Virus record (IMG/VR): IMGVR_UViG_3300025000_000135
Coordinates: 1-52,517 of that record
Strand: one strand, 5' to 3'
From: a virus
Lineage: Duplodnaviria > Caudoviricetes
DNA: 52,517 nucleotides
How positions within the stretch are numbered: position 1 is the first letter of the stretch; every line of letters begins with the position of its first letter. The position numbers and the translations under genes are program-made. The notes under the pieces were generated by a model that saw nothing but the letters and a program-made list of their open reading frames with translations, did not search any database and had not been told where the DNA came from. This document shows, one piece after another, positions 17,657-27,652 of this stretch.

Positions 17657-17832
17657 ACCTATCTAAATTCTATACTGGTTTGATGATACTTATCCACAGA
17701 AAATACCTGTCTAAATTCTAGACCAGTCTAAGTTTTATACCCGACCAGTCTAAATTTTAGACCCACAAAAGAAACTAATACAAGGTGTATATATCTTACT
17801 ATTATTACTAGAAATTCCAAAAGTTATCCACA
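17657..17832. other. iteron-type replication origin
   Basis: four 19-bp ACCwrTCTAArTTyTAkAC repeats (17657, 17705, 17722, 17744), perfect DnaA boxes TTATCCACA at 17690 and 17824, AT-rich spacer. Confidence 0.8.
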
Positions 17833-17860
17833 GGCATCAAGGATTAACAAAAGAAAGTTC

Positions 17861-18664
17861 GTGCATCGTATGTATGACACAAATGATACTGAATCAGAAA
17901 TCGAGCGTATGCTCAAAGACGATATTCGAGAGCAAAAGAGAACCGGAAATGGAATTCATGGCCGAGCATTAAGATTGAGAAAACACGAAACAGTTAGAAC
18001 CCCTTCAGAATCACTTCAAGGAATAGAAAGATTGAAAATTTATGCACCTTCTGTAATTCACTCAATAACGATTGGAGAAATGAAAATGAATGAACTTTTA
18101 GAAAAAATTAATTTGGGAGAAATCCCACCTAAGCAAGAATTTGAAGCATTGGATTTTGATAATTGTCAGAAATCTTTAGCTGAATTAAGAAGATTACATA
18201 CTAATCATGAAATTATGAAGAGTTGGAAATGTTCGTCTACATCTCTTAGTAGCTTCTTCGCAGAAATGCAAGTTGCAAAAATTAAAGGTGGAGAAATATT
18301 GATTGGAAAGTCTGCTGTTGATTTTTTAAACAAAGGAAGAATTACAAGAGGATTGCCTAAAATTGGTGAAGATAATAATAAGGAGAAAATTAAACGACCA
18401 TATAATAGACATGTTTCTGTAGATAATTCTAAAGAAATTCTGAGTGAAAATATTATTCCCACTCAGAATGTAGATTCAATTTCTATTCAACAAACTCAAC
18501 AAAAAGAAATTGTAATTGATAATAATTATTTAATTAATGTTAAGAGAAAATTTAATACTAGGAATTTGGCTTCTTTTTTGGAAAGGTTAACTCTATTTCT
18601 TAGCGAAGATGACCAAGAGTTTTTAGTTGAGATTAAGGTTACTGAAGTTGAGAGTAAGAAGTAA
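17861..18664 (+). CDS. hypothetical protein
   Basis: long ORF, no recognised motif. Confidence 0.65.
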   Translation: MHRMYDTNDTESEIERMLKDDIREQKRTGNGIHGRALRLRKHETVRTPSESLQGIERLKIYAPSVIHSITIGEMKMNELLEKINLGEIPPKQEFEALDFDNCQKSLAELRRLHTNHEIMKSWKCSSTSLSSFFAEMQVAKIKGGEILIGKSAVDFLNKGRITRGLPKIGEDNNKEKIKRPYNRHVSVDNSKEILSENIIPTQNVDSISIQQTQQKEIVIDNNYLINVKRKFNTRNLASFLERLTLFLSEDDQEFLVEIKVTEVESKK

Positions 18665-18678
18665 TTAATTAATTAAAA

Positions 18679-18954
18679 TTAAACAACATCCATAACAATC
18701 TTCACAGCATTAAACTCTATACCTTTATCTCTAAAAATATCAGCATATAACTTCCCTATGCCACCAGAGGTATCCAATCTAATTTTACACCACTGAACTT
18801 TTTCACTTAATCCACTCTCTTTATCCAAAACATGTTTAATTACATATTTAACAATTCTATCGACACATTCTTTAGGTGTTCCATTTATAGTTTGCATTTT
18901 GCTTTTATTTATAAACCATATTGTGCAACTATTTCGTCCAGGATCAATAATCAT
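18679..18954 (-). CDS. hypothetical protein
   Basis: ORF with aaggag RBS. Confidence 0.65.
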   Translation of the reverse strand: MIIDPGRNSCTIWFINKSKMQTINGTPKECVDRIVKYVIKHVLDKESGLSEKVQWCKIRLDTSGGIGKLYADIFRDKGIEFNAVKIVMDVV

Positions 18955-18979
18955 TGGTTAGTTCTCCTTTACACATAAA

Positions 18980-19369
18980 TTATACACATCTATTTGGGCA
19001 ACTAGAATATTCTCCAATAACTACATTTTTAGCTCCCCATACTTCCCCTCTATCTTGAACAAGTTTTAACTCACTATGACAAATTTCACACAAACTATTT
19101 TCTTTTGCATATTCTCTATTTTCTTCACTCATATATTCAAGTAATAGTTTGAAGTTTATAGCATCGCTTGGAGTTCGAAGGCCATTTACTATTTGTAAGT
19201 ATTCTGGATCTGAGACATCATATTCCAAAATAGAATTTATGTCTTCACAACCAAACGAAAGTGTTGTCCTATCGTATGTATCGTTCTCTGAAACCCTTGC
19301 TATAGGTTGATTGTACTTTTCATTACAAAGTGAATTTTCTTGATTTTGAATTTTTCTTTCATTAATCAT
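18980..19369 (-). CDS. hypothetical protein with C-terminal Zn ribbon
   Basis: CEIC...CPNRC. Confidence 0.65.
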   Translation of the reverse strand: MINERKIQNQENSLCNEKYNQPIARVSENDTYDRTTLSFGCEDINSILEYDVSDPEYLQIVNGLRTPSDAINFKLLLEYMSEENREYAKENSLCEICHSELKLVQDRGEVWGAKNVVIGEYSSCPNRCV

Positions 19370-19387
19370 ATTATTTAAATTCTCCTT

Positions 19388-20749
19388 TTATAAAATATTA
19401 TCTAATAATATTTTCTCAATATTATTAGAATCCCAATACCAAATTTCTAAAAAATTATAACCATTTTGTTCTGCGTACTCTTTCTTGCGCCTATCATGCT
19501 CCTGTTGTTTCTCGAAGTCTTCAATAGATTCATAGAACCATTCAACAAAATGTTCATGTTGTTCACCTTGAAATTCAACAAGAAGATTATATTTAGGCAG
19601 ATAAAAATCATAAGATAATAAACCATTACCTAATCCGACTAAGCCATTAAAAGATTTCTGCGGGATATGATAAATATTGTATTGTTTTAAAAATTTAGTA
19701 ATTCTTTTCTCTCCTTTAGATTCCGCACATCTTGGGCAACCATTTCCTCTTCCATTTCTACTACAAATTTGAGTTTCCCATTCATTTCCGCAGTCTTTAC
19801 ATATCCACCAAGCATACTGCCCACTGTTTGGAGTATAGTTTTCTGGTTTTGTGTTATTTTTATCATAATTCCATTCTTCACAAAGTTCAGAATTATTCAC
19901 TAATAAATTATATTCATTAGTTGCAACATAAACTTTACATTCAGGGCATCCAGTCTTACCTCTATTAACTCTGTCACTAATAATTTGCTCCCATTTATTT
20001 CCACATTTTCTACATATCCAAAAAGCATACTGATTGGCATTTGGCAAATATTCTTCTGGTCTTCTATCATTCTTGTCGTAATCCCATTCTTCACAGGCTA
20101 TTGGATGTATTATTAATAAATTATAATCTTCTGTAGGTAATCGTCTTGAACAATAAGGGCAACTATTATTATTAATTCTAGAAGTATTTATCCTAGTATT
20201 AATAGCTACATTCCATTCGTGACCCCTATTACATTGCCACCAAATCTCTTTATCACAACCACAAGTTACATCATAAGGAGTCAAATCACCATTTTTTGTT
20301 GGATGCCATTCATTTGCAATCTTAGGAAATTTTGTAGCAAGACAATTAGATAATCCTACTTGAAACCCTGCACAAAAAGGACAACCACGATTACTATATA
20401 TATCATGCCAATTCTTTTCAAACATCTCTCCACAATCTTCTTTTAAACATTTCCAATTAAGATTATCTTTAGCATTAATATAAACTTCACTTATTAATTC
20501 ATATGGTTTATTGTTTATCTTACACCACAATTTTATATTTTTTATTGTATATATATTATGTATTGTAAATTTACTAGGACTATGACCTTCTTTAATAAGT
20601 TGATTGAATCCACTAAATGTTGTTACATATAAATATCCTTCTAAATCTTTTAATACTATTGGTTTTCTAGCTCCTGGATATTTATTGTCTATTAATTCAT
20701 ATCCTAAATCATTTAATATCTTAACTACATCTTCATGAGAATATTTCAA
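19388..20749 (-). CDS. putative homing endonuclease: repeated zinc-ribbon modules plus Vsr-like PD-(D/E)xK domain
   Basis: repeated EWxxxKN...WWxC..GxxW...R...GCPxC units; SKGE, YDFY, EFQGEQH, DRRK. Confidence 0.75.
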   Translation of the reverse strand: MKYSHEDVVKILNDLGYELIDNKYPGARKPIVLKDLEGYLYVTTFSGFNQLIKEGHSPSKFTIHNIYTIKNIKLWCKINNKPYELISEVYINAKDNLNWKCLKEDCGEMFEKNWHDIYSNRGCPFCAGFQVGLSNCLATKFPKIANEWHPTKNGDLTPYDVTCGCDKEIWWQCNRGHEWNVAINTRINTSRINNNSCPYCSRRLPTEDYNLLIIHPIACEEWDYDKNDRRPEEYLPNANQYAFWICRKCGNKWEQIISDRVNRGKTGCPECKVYVATNEYNLLVNNSELCEEWNYDKNNTKPENYTPNSGQYAWWICKDCGNEWETQICSRNGRGNGCPRCAESKGEKRITKFLKQYNIYHIPQKSFNGLVGLGNGLLSYDFYLPKYNLLVEFQGEQHEHFVEWFYESIEDFEKQQEHDRRKKEYAEQNGYNFLEIWYWDSNNIEKILLDNIL

Positions 20750-20780
20750 AATTAAATTCCTTTCTTTTTATGTTTTATTT

Positions 20781-21200
20781 TTATAAATTGCCCTGATCAA
20801 ACATATTTTCAATTAACTCTATAACGTCATCAAGTGCCTCACAATGATTTGAAACACAGCTATTGATATGTGGACTCCAATGTTTAGTTCCAAAGGCAAT
20901 GACAGGCTTTCTCATGTCTTTGAATCGAACTAGTTCATATATGCTCCCTGGCGAGAAATCTATGTCATCAAGATTGACAATCATAATGTCACATCTGCTT
21001 AGATAATATTCGTTTTGGTCAACACAGGCTCTTGAGTCGTATGTATGATTTATTTCTTTTAAAAATGTTTTAGCAGGATTATACGTTTCTACATTATTAT
21101 TATTTGCCCATTTGTCTAACTTATTTCTCCATTCAATTGCTTTATTCATTTCATTATTTCGATAATAGTGGGTTAGACACCCTGCTTCATATATGTACAT
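20781..21200 (-). CDS. nucleoside 2-deoxyribosyltransferase-like protein
   Basis: IYEAG, WR, YNP, CDIMIV, SPGSIYE, KPVI. Confidence 0.75.
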   Translation of the reverse strand: MYIYEAGCLTHYYRNNEMNKAIEWRNKLDKWANNNNVETYNPAKTFLKEINHTYDSRACVDQNEYYLSRCDIMIVNLDDIDFSPGSIYELVRFKDMRKPVIAFGTKHWSPHINSCVSNHCEALDDVIELIENMFDQGNL

Positions 21201-21740
21201 TTATTCACCAAATCTTTCCTTCAAATATTCTATAAACTTAATTACTTCTTTTTCTTTTTCTTCTTTAGTCTCACATTTTATGTAATAATCAAAATCATAA
21301 TTATCTAATGCAATTTCAGAGGAGTGCAATCTTTGTTCTGGCGTAAGTTTGTTCTCATAATTTAATCTTTCTATACGTAATGATATAAATTCATAATCAT
21401 TATCCCATCTCTCAATTTCATTAGCGAATCTTGTATCCGGTATGAGAACATAGTCATAATCATCTTCAAAGACTTTTACCAATTCAATTACATTATCTAC
21501 CCAATAATTATTATTTTTTGATCTAACTTTTTCAGTACCAATTTTCTGCAATAACTCTCTACCGTTAACATCTTTTTCACCATTCCAACCAAAATATTTT
21601 TGGCAAAGAAATTTAAGTTGATCACCATAATTTATAATTAATGCTCTTTCACCTTGTTTTTGTAATTCTATTTTTAATAGAGTGGCAGTCAGGTCTTTGC
21701 CTGATTCTGCCTTCCCTGAAATTAGTATAATAATTGGCAT
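21201..21740 (-). CDS. deoxynucleoside monophosphate kinase
   Basis: GKAESGKD, RELLQKIGTE, IPDTRFANE, HSSE. Confidence 0.8.
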   Translation of the reverse strand: MPIIILISGKAESGKDLTATLLKIELQKQGERALIINYGDQLKFLCQKYFGWNGEKDVNGRELLQKIGTEKVRSKNNNYWVDNVIELVKVFEDDYDYVLIPDTRFANEIERWDNDYEFISLRIERLNYENKLTPEQRLHSSEIALDNYDFDYYIKCETKEEKEKEVIKFIEYLKERFGE

Positions 21741-21741
21741 A

Positions 21742-22491
21742 TTATTTAACCATCCCTTTCAACAACATTTCTTTAGTAGGCATTTTCCCACAACACCTAT
21801 TCTTCTCTGGACACCATAAAAGGTACTCGCATTGGGAAACTAATCTATCTTTTAATTGAGGCAATATTTCCAATACAGCATCTTTCATAAGATTTGCCAT
21901 TTGTCTATGAAAATATTGAGTTCTAGTACACAATCTTTTATGTAAATAATGAATAAAAGCTTCTAATGTAAATGCAATACAGAGCGAAGTATTTGTTGCT
22001 CTTGGTAAAAGATAATTTGCGTCTTCCACTGCTTGTTTTTCATTTACACCATGTCTAACTAGTAAATCTAAAATATGTTTTCTAGAATTATTGATTTCAG
22101 TCATTATTAAATTATAGGCCCCTAAAGCATATTCATTATCTTTAATTGTTTTGGGAATTGTGTAATCAAAGTTTTCCATATCAACATATCTGAATGATTT
22201 AAGATTTTTAATTATCCCAGAAGGATTTTCATCATAAGTATCTTCATCAATGAAGTTATATCTTACACCAATTTCATGACGCATCGCCTGTTCACTGATC
22301 CCTCTATCAATTCCTTCAATTTTAAACTTTATATATTCGGTTCTACTTCCACTATAATGTTCGTCTTCATAACATGAATTACCAACTTTTTCAGCAAATT
22401 CAGAAGAAGTTCCATAGCACGTTGCAGCAAATGTCCCCCATTCTTTAAATATGTTTTTCACTTGTTCAGGATTTAATAATGTTACTTGCAT
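21742..22491 (-). CDS. thyX: flavin-dependent thymidylate synthase
   Basis: A.TCY, H.S..E, R.ISEQAMRH, SFRYV, A.YLLP.A, KRLC. Confidence 0.75.
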   Translation of the reverse strand: MQVTLLNPEQVKNIFKEWGTFAATCYGTSSEFAEKVGNSCYEDEHYSGSRTEYIKFKIEGIDRGISEQAMRHEIGVRYNFIDEDTYDENPSGIIKNLKSFRYVDMENFDYTIPKTIKDNEYALGAYNLIMTEINNSRKHILDLLVRHGVNEKQAVEDANYLLPRATNTSLCIAFTLEAFIHYLHKRLCTRTQYFHRQMANLMKDAVLEILPQLKDRLVSQCEYLLWCPEKNRCCGKMPTKEMLLKGMVK

Positions 22492-22505
22492 AGTATCTTC
22501 CTCTC

Positions 22506-23006
22506 TTAATTAAACTTTACCTTGTCATACTTGTACTTTTTAATGTAGATACATCTGTCTTCGTATCCACACTCATGACACCTATGCTCAAACAGTGCAA
22601 CCTGTAGATAACATGACAACCTATTCTTAAAGGGGGTCAGACCCTTTTCAAGAATTTGTTTCTCAACATCAGACATACCCTCTTGATTATCATCATCGTT
22701 TTCTTTTTCTTGATCTGACAACCACAATTCATATTCTTCAAGAGTTTTTAAAAATCCCATTGGTGTATCCGTCTCAACTTTATCTTCAAACTTTACACGA
22801 TAGTATTCATTTATGTTTCTTCTTGACCTCTTGATGATTATACATTCATTGCCTTTATATTCCTCTAACAATCCTAGATAAATTACTGTATCTTTTAAAT
22901 TGAACTTATATTCCTTTTTGATGTCAGAGGTTTCTGAATATTTATCTTGCTTCTTCTTAGGTTTATCTCTAGGGGTTAAGTTGATACTTTTTCCTTTTGC
23001 CATCAA
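22506..23006 (-). CDS. hypothetical protein
   Basis: first ORF behind a sigmaA promoter; C-terminal Cys cluster. Confidence 0.65.
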   Translation of the reverse strand: MMAKGKSINLTPRDKPKKKQDKYSETSDIKKEYKFNLKDTVIYLGLLEEYKGNECIIIKRSRRNINEYYRVKFEDKVETDTPMGFLKTLEEYELWLSDQEKENDDDNQEGMSDVEKQILEKGLTPFKNRLSCYLQVALFEHRCHECGYEDRCIYIKKYKYDKVKFN

Positions 23007-23057
23007 TTCACATCCTTTTACAGTATATTTTCATATGTAATATATATTGTTAAATAA

Positions 23058-23086
23058 ATTATATCTTAATTACAAAATATAGTCAA
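23058..23086 (-). promoter_or_regulatory. sigmaA promoter
   Basis: TTGACT-N17-TATAAT. Confidence 0.75.
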
Positions 23087-23106
23087 TATAAATATTATTT
23101 ATATAA

Positions 23107-23439
23107 TTAATATTGTATAAATCCAATAGTTTCTGATCCATTTAACTCCCAACTGTCGCCTTCAGGTAAATAAATATTAACCAATACTTCTCCTTTGTAA
23201 TATAAAAGTAAAGCGTTTTTAGCGTTCTCTAATTCACAAATCTCAAAATCTTCAAAGTATAATTTTACACTTCCATCATTAATTGAAAGTATATTCCAAT
23301 AGCTTTCTTCTTTAAATTCAACATCATTAATGACTGTATTAACTATGGATAATAAATCTCCATCTGAATTTAGAAATTCAATTGTGATTGGTTTTGCATT
23401 GGTTTTATTAATAAACCATTGTAAATCGAAGTTATTCAT
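23107..23439 (-). CDS. hypothetical protein
   Basis: ggagg RBS. Confidence 0.65.
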   Translation of the reverse strand: MNNFDLQWFINKTNAKPITIEFLNSDGDLLSIVNTVINDVEFKEESYWNILSINDGSVKLYFEDFEICELENAKNALLLYYKGEVLVNIYLPEGDSWELNGSETIGFIQY

Positions 23440-23542
23440 TTTACAATTCCTCCAAATAATTTATTTTATGATTATTGAAGATTTTTATATTGTAGGCAAT
23501 CAAGATTATTAAATTTTATGCCTTGACTAAACCAATAAACAT

Positions 23543-23746
23543 TTAAATAATCATATTCTGGTTCTTGGGTACAAACATTGGCCTATCTTCAAACTTCTTT
23601 CCCTTTTCAGGATTAATACAAGAACAAGATCCGCAGGGGCATTTGAAGCATAATGATGTATTGCATCCAAAATAATTTTCGTATCTCTTTTGTAGTGAAT
23701 TACCATGAACACAATTTACACAATATACTAAAATATCTTTATTCAT
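23543..23746 (-). CDS. small Cys-rich protein
   Basis: aaggagtga RBS; LVYCVNCV...YFGC...CFKCPCGSCSC. Confidence 0.65.
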   Translation of the reverse strand: MNKDILVYCVNCVHGNSLQKRYENYFGCNTSLCFKCPCGSCSCINPEKGKKFEDRPMFVPKNQNMII

Positions 23747-23757
23747 AATTTCACTCC

Positions 23758-25450
23758 TTAATGTTTTATTTTTAATAAATAATCTTTATAATACATCCAT
23801 CTTAATTCACCTCCTGTTTCTGGATGTTTTCCAGAATATTTTTTGTCATTTAGATTTGATAAAGTATTGATTCTTTTTAAATTGTATTTTATCCTTGCTT
23901 CAATTATTGAATTAAATATTTCTCCAGTTGTTAAGCATATTATTTTGTAACAATTAATAATATTATTTACATAATCATCCTTCCATCCTAAAATTTGATT
24001 TTCGATTATATATTCATCATAATACATCCATATAAGTTTTTCTCCAGTAATTGGATGGATTCCTGAAGACTTATATATTTTATTACAACATGAAGCAATA
24101 CTTGTTTTTGAAACGCTATATTTTTTCGAGGCATCTTTGGAAAAATTAAATATTTCATTAGTAGTTAAGCATATTATTTGTTTACGAATCTTTTTAGCGT
24201 TTCTTATAAACTCCTTTTGACCATCATAATCACACCACCCTAATTTTACACCTTGTTTTAAATATCTTCTGATTGTTTTTCTTGTTAATTTTAGTTCCTT
24301 TGCAATTGTTTTTGTATTGTGAATACCACTATCCCATAATTCACAAGCTTTTTTAACCATACTAGAGAATCCTGCTTCGTTACATTTCTGCCAGTCTATA
24401 TCTTTTTCTTCAAAACCTAATAATTTAGGAAGCCTACTCTTCATTATGCTATTTTTAATCCATTCCATTTCAGAATATCTACAGTCAATAATTATGTAAT
24501 TATTAATACCATTTATTCTAGCTAACCATTCTTTATCAAAATCATTCTCTTGAGTTTTTTGTAATGAATTCCAATTATTATTAATTTCTTCATAATGTTG
24601 AAGTCCATGAGTTTCAATAATGCAATTAAAATTATCTAGATAGTTGTCATATCTATAGTTTTTGCACCATTTGAAAGTTGTTTTGCTTAATTGTGGATTA
24701 AAATTAAACATTAATTGTTCTAAAACACTAGACATAAATTTTTCTGGATATGGTCTTCCATCTGAACAACGAGGGCAACCAACCCCCCATCCTCATTAAA
24801 TCAAATAACATCATTTCTTTTTCATGACCGCAATTAGGACATTTAATAAGAAATTTACTTCTTACACCAACAGAATATTTATATGCATCTTCTTTATTCA
24901 CTAAAAATTTTACTAAATACGGATGAGTTAATGCAATTATATTACATTGGTCACAATCAAGATTACCATATTTATAATTTGTAAAACCACTAATGCTTTT
25001 CTGTTCAGGTTGATGTTCTGGATGATCCAGACATTTAAACCAATAACCTTTTTGATTAAACCCATGAGAACTATAAGTAACATCCTTTTGACTACATCCA
25101 TTTAATTCATAATGCCAACGAGATAATATTTTATCTGCAATTTTTATTGGTAAATTTATATAACACCATTCAAAGAAACTAACCCATTTTTTATAACCAT
25201 TTTTAGCACATCTGACACAATAATATCCATTATTTTTCTTCATACTTTTCTTATAAAAATACCACTTTAGATTTTTTATCTCTAAACCACAACCATCACA
25301 TTCGGTATCAATTAATATATTAGATCCATCTGGTAAGTCTTCAGTTCTTACTTCGAATTCGTCTCCCATTTTAGTATAAATATAGCTTTTATTTTCATAA
25401 TATTTTTTAATTCGCCTATCCCATTTTATTGTAACTATTTCTGTTACCAA
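23758..25450 (-). pseudogene. homing-endonuclease-like gene (Zn ribbons, PD-(D/E)xK domain, NUMOD1-like repeats) split by a one-base frameshift
   Basis: track ORFs 24728-25450 and 23758-24735 join as RMGVGCPRCSDGRPYPEKFMSS if one G of the G6 run (plus-strand C run 24783-24788) is removed; YD...IETHGLQH; IICLTT.EIF repeated. Confidence 0.75.
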
Positions 25451-25465
25451 TTAATTTCTCCTTTT

Positions 25466-25573
25466 TTATTTTATTAATTCACAATCAGTGCAACAGCCAA
25501 AGTATTCTAAGTATTTCTTTGCAAAATCCCAATTTACACAATCTGAACAATAAACAAGATCGTTACTTTCCAT
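25466..25573 (-). CDS. 35-aa truncated paralog of 23543-23746 (not in ORF track)
   Basis: aaggagtga RBS; MESNDLVYCSDCVNWDFAKKYLEYFGCCTDCELIK*. Confidence 0.6.
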   Translation of the reverse strand: MESNDLVYCSDCVNWDFAKKYLEYFGCCTDCELIK

Positions 25574-25590
25574 AATTATTTTCACTCCTT

Positions 25591-25797
25591 TTACTTTATT
25601 ACTTTTAATTCTAAGGAAACATACTCAGGCATACCCATTACTCTGTATTTGTTGATGTCAACAACTTTATAGTTTTTATGACTTCCTTTAATGGTAATTT
25701 CTTCGCCATTTTTGTAATTAGGATTATTCGATGTGTATGCGGTTACTACTTCATCTCTTTTGTTGTAGAGTAGAATGTCAATATTGTTTGTACTCAA
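25591..25797 (-). CDS. hypothetical protein
   Basis: aaaggag RBS, TTG start. Confidence 0.6.
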   Translation of the reverse strand: MSTNNIDILLYNKRDEVVTAYTSNNPNYKNGEEITIKGSHKNYKVVDINKYRVMGMPEYVSLELKVIK

Positions 25798-25837
25798 TTT
25801 ATAATCTCCTTTCGATTCAAACAGTTGTTTCGAATGA

Positions 25838-26023
25838 TTAATTATCTCCTGTTTCTTTTATAATGTTTTGCAGTTCCTTTACTATCCAATCATTAACAAT
25901 TACTGTTTCATTTTCTTTGATATATAATCTAATCGCCTCATGTAGTGCTAAATATTCATTATCTGTAAGAATTAATGTATGTATTAATTCTGAAGAATAT
26001 CTCATAATTTTTCTCCTTTCCAT
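25838..26023 (-). CDS. hypothetical protein (start probably at the second Met)
   Basis: aaaggag RBS precedes MRYSS. Confidence 0.55.
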   Translation of the reverse strand: MERRKIMRYSSELIHTLILTDNEYLALHEAIRLYIKENETVIVNDWIVKELQNIIKETGDN

Positions 26024-26036
26024 TAAAATTTATCAT

Positions 26037-26249
26037 TTAAAGTTTTTCATCTGCAATTCTACATTGTTCCATTCCATCATCATAATAATTATGTTGACAA
26101 TAATCACAAATTGAATCAATCAATCCTTCTACTGTAGGCATAAACTCACAAATACTATTTACAATATTTATATCAGGATAAACACTTTTAATCTTTTGTA
26201 ATATTTTCACATCTTCTCGACTTTCTATAACTATATACAAATTAATCAA
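26037..26249 (-). CDS. hypothetical protein
   Basis: ORF with RBS. Confidence 0.55.
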   Translation of the reverse strand: MINLYIVIESREDVKILQKIKSVYPDINIVNSICEFMPTVEGLIDSICDYCQHNYYDDGMEQCRIADEKL

Positions 26250-26291
26250 CTCCTTTCAATATCCCATAAAGTAGGTTTTTGATTCTATTTT

Positions 26292-26534
26292 TTATCTTCG
26301 CATTTTAGGGGAAGAGACACGATGATTATCATCATAAGATTTATCATCTTTACTCTCTATTTCATAATAACTAATTTTATTAAATTCTTCTCTTGCATTA
26401 TCCTTTTCTTTATATTTTGCTAAAACATCTACCGTTTCATTTATTTTCCCAATTATTTGATATTCATTATTATCAGTAATTAGCTCTATGGAATTATATT
26501 GAATTAATTTATTTTCATTTACTTTTATAAACAT
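26292..26534 (-). CDS. hypothetical protein
   Basis: aaggagtg RBS. Confidence 0.6.
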   Translation of the reverse strand: MFIKVNENKLIQYNSIELITDNNEYQIIGKINETVDVLAKYKEKDNAREEFNKISYYEIESKDDKSYDDNHRVSSPKMRR

Positions 26535-26558
26535 TAATAATACACTCCTTTAAATTCA

Positions 26559-26726
26559 TTATTTTATAATAATGTTCAAATCATATGTTTTAGTCGTACA
26601 ATCAACACAGTTTTCATCATCTCCTTTAGGACAGTAACCATTTCTTTCAATAAAATATTGTTCTGGACACTTTAATCTGCATATGTCTGATTCTATTTCT
26701 GATTTTGTACCTATAATAATAATCAT
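26559..26726 (-). CDS. 55-aa Cys-containing protein (not in ORF track)
   Basis: ATGA overlap with the upstream stop; MIIIIGTKSEIESDICRLKCPE...NIIIK*. Confidence 0.55.
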   Translation of the reverse strand: MIIIIGTKSEIESDICRLKCPEQYFIERNGYCPKGDDENCVDCTTKTYDLNIIIK

Positions 26727-27415
26727 AGCAATATTCCAACCTTAAAATCAGCATAATAAGTAGTAGTTCCTTGCTTATTATCTTCACACCACTTGTCTAA
26801 CAACACTTGAAGTTCTTTTTGATCATCATCAGATATATTGTCCATAGCATCCTCATGTAGATCACTACAAGCATTTTCAAGAATATCAGAAGCATCCATA
26901 GATAAATCAATTATCTGTGTTCCATAAATTCTTAATTCTTCTCGGCATATTGATTGATCTGCTTCGCTTTCTTTGTCTTCTATCCATTCTTCTAATTCTT
27001 CAACCATGAGATATTTATCATAATTATCAATATAGATCATAATAAAATCATTTGTTGCTTGTTCATAAGTAATCTTCTTTGCTTTATTCCATGTTTCTAC
27101 ATCTTTTTCATATTGTTCTTGAAGACGTTCTAAATTTGACTGTTTACAGTTACATCTAGAAGTTCCTCTAGATAATATTTTATCACAATGTAAACATTTA
27201 CTTTGAACTCCATTATAACAATGTCTGCATCCAACAATAGTTTGTTGCTTATATGGGAAATGAATTTTGCTATTTTCTTCTTTAAGACCAAAAGGATTAT
27301 CATCAACTTGAAGTCCTGTACCTCCACAGTGAGAACAGATAACTTCATGTTCTTGGATGTCTTTTTGAAGTTTTAAGTTAAATGATACATCAATTTGTTC
27401 AGTTCTTATTGGCAT
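26723..27415 (-). CDS. hypothetical protein with DnaJ-like Zn-finger motif (track start 27442)
   Basis: CSHCGGTG...CRHCYNG; RBS aaggag before MPIRT. Confidence 0.65.
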   Translation of the reverse strand: MPIRTEQIDVSFNLKLQKDIQEHEVICSHCGGTGLQVDDNPFGLKEENSKIHFPYKQQTIVGCRHCYNGVQSKCLHCDKILSRGTSRCNCKQSNLERLQEQYEKDVETWNKAKKITYEQATNDFIMIYIDNYDKYLMVEELEEWIEDKESEADQSICREELRIYGTQIIDLSMDASDILENACSDLHEDAMDNISDDDQKELQVLLDKWCEDNKQGTTTYYADFKVGILL

Positions 27416-27416
27416 T

Positions 27417-27575
27417 TTATTTATTCTCCTTTTTGCTCTCAATCTTATTAATAATTTCTAAAATTTCTATACATGCTTTTTTATAGCCCTTAGACCAAAT
27501 ATAAGTACTTTCATTATAATGATCTTTAGAAAAATTATTAATATGATTAATTAGCCATTGTTTAAGTTCTTTCAT
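27417..27575 (-). CDS. 52-aa hypothetical protein (not in ORF track)
   Basis: aaaggag RBS; MKELKQWLINHINN...KKENK*. Confidence 0.55.
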   Translation of the reverse strand: MKELKQWLINHINNFSKDHYNESTYIWSKGYKKACIEILEIINKIESKKENK

Positions 27576-27652
27576 TTATAGTTTTCTCCTTTCTTTTAAT
27601 TTCACCTCCTTTCTGTTGATTTATTATGATGGTTTATTGGTGATTTTGTGGT

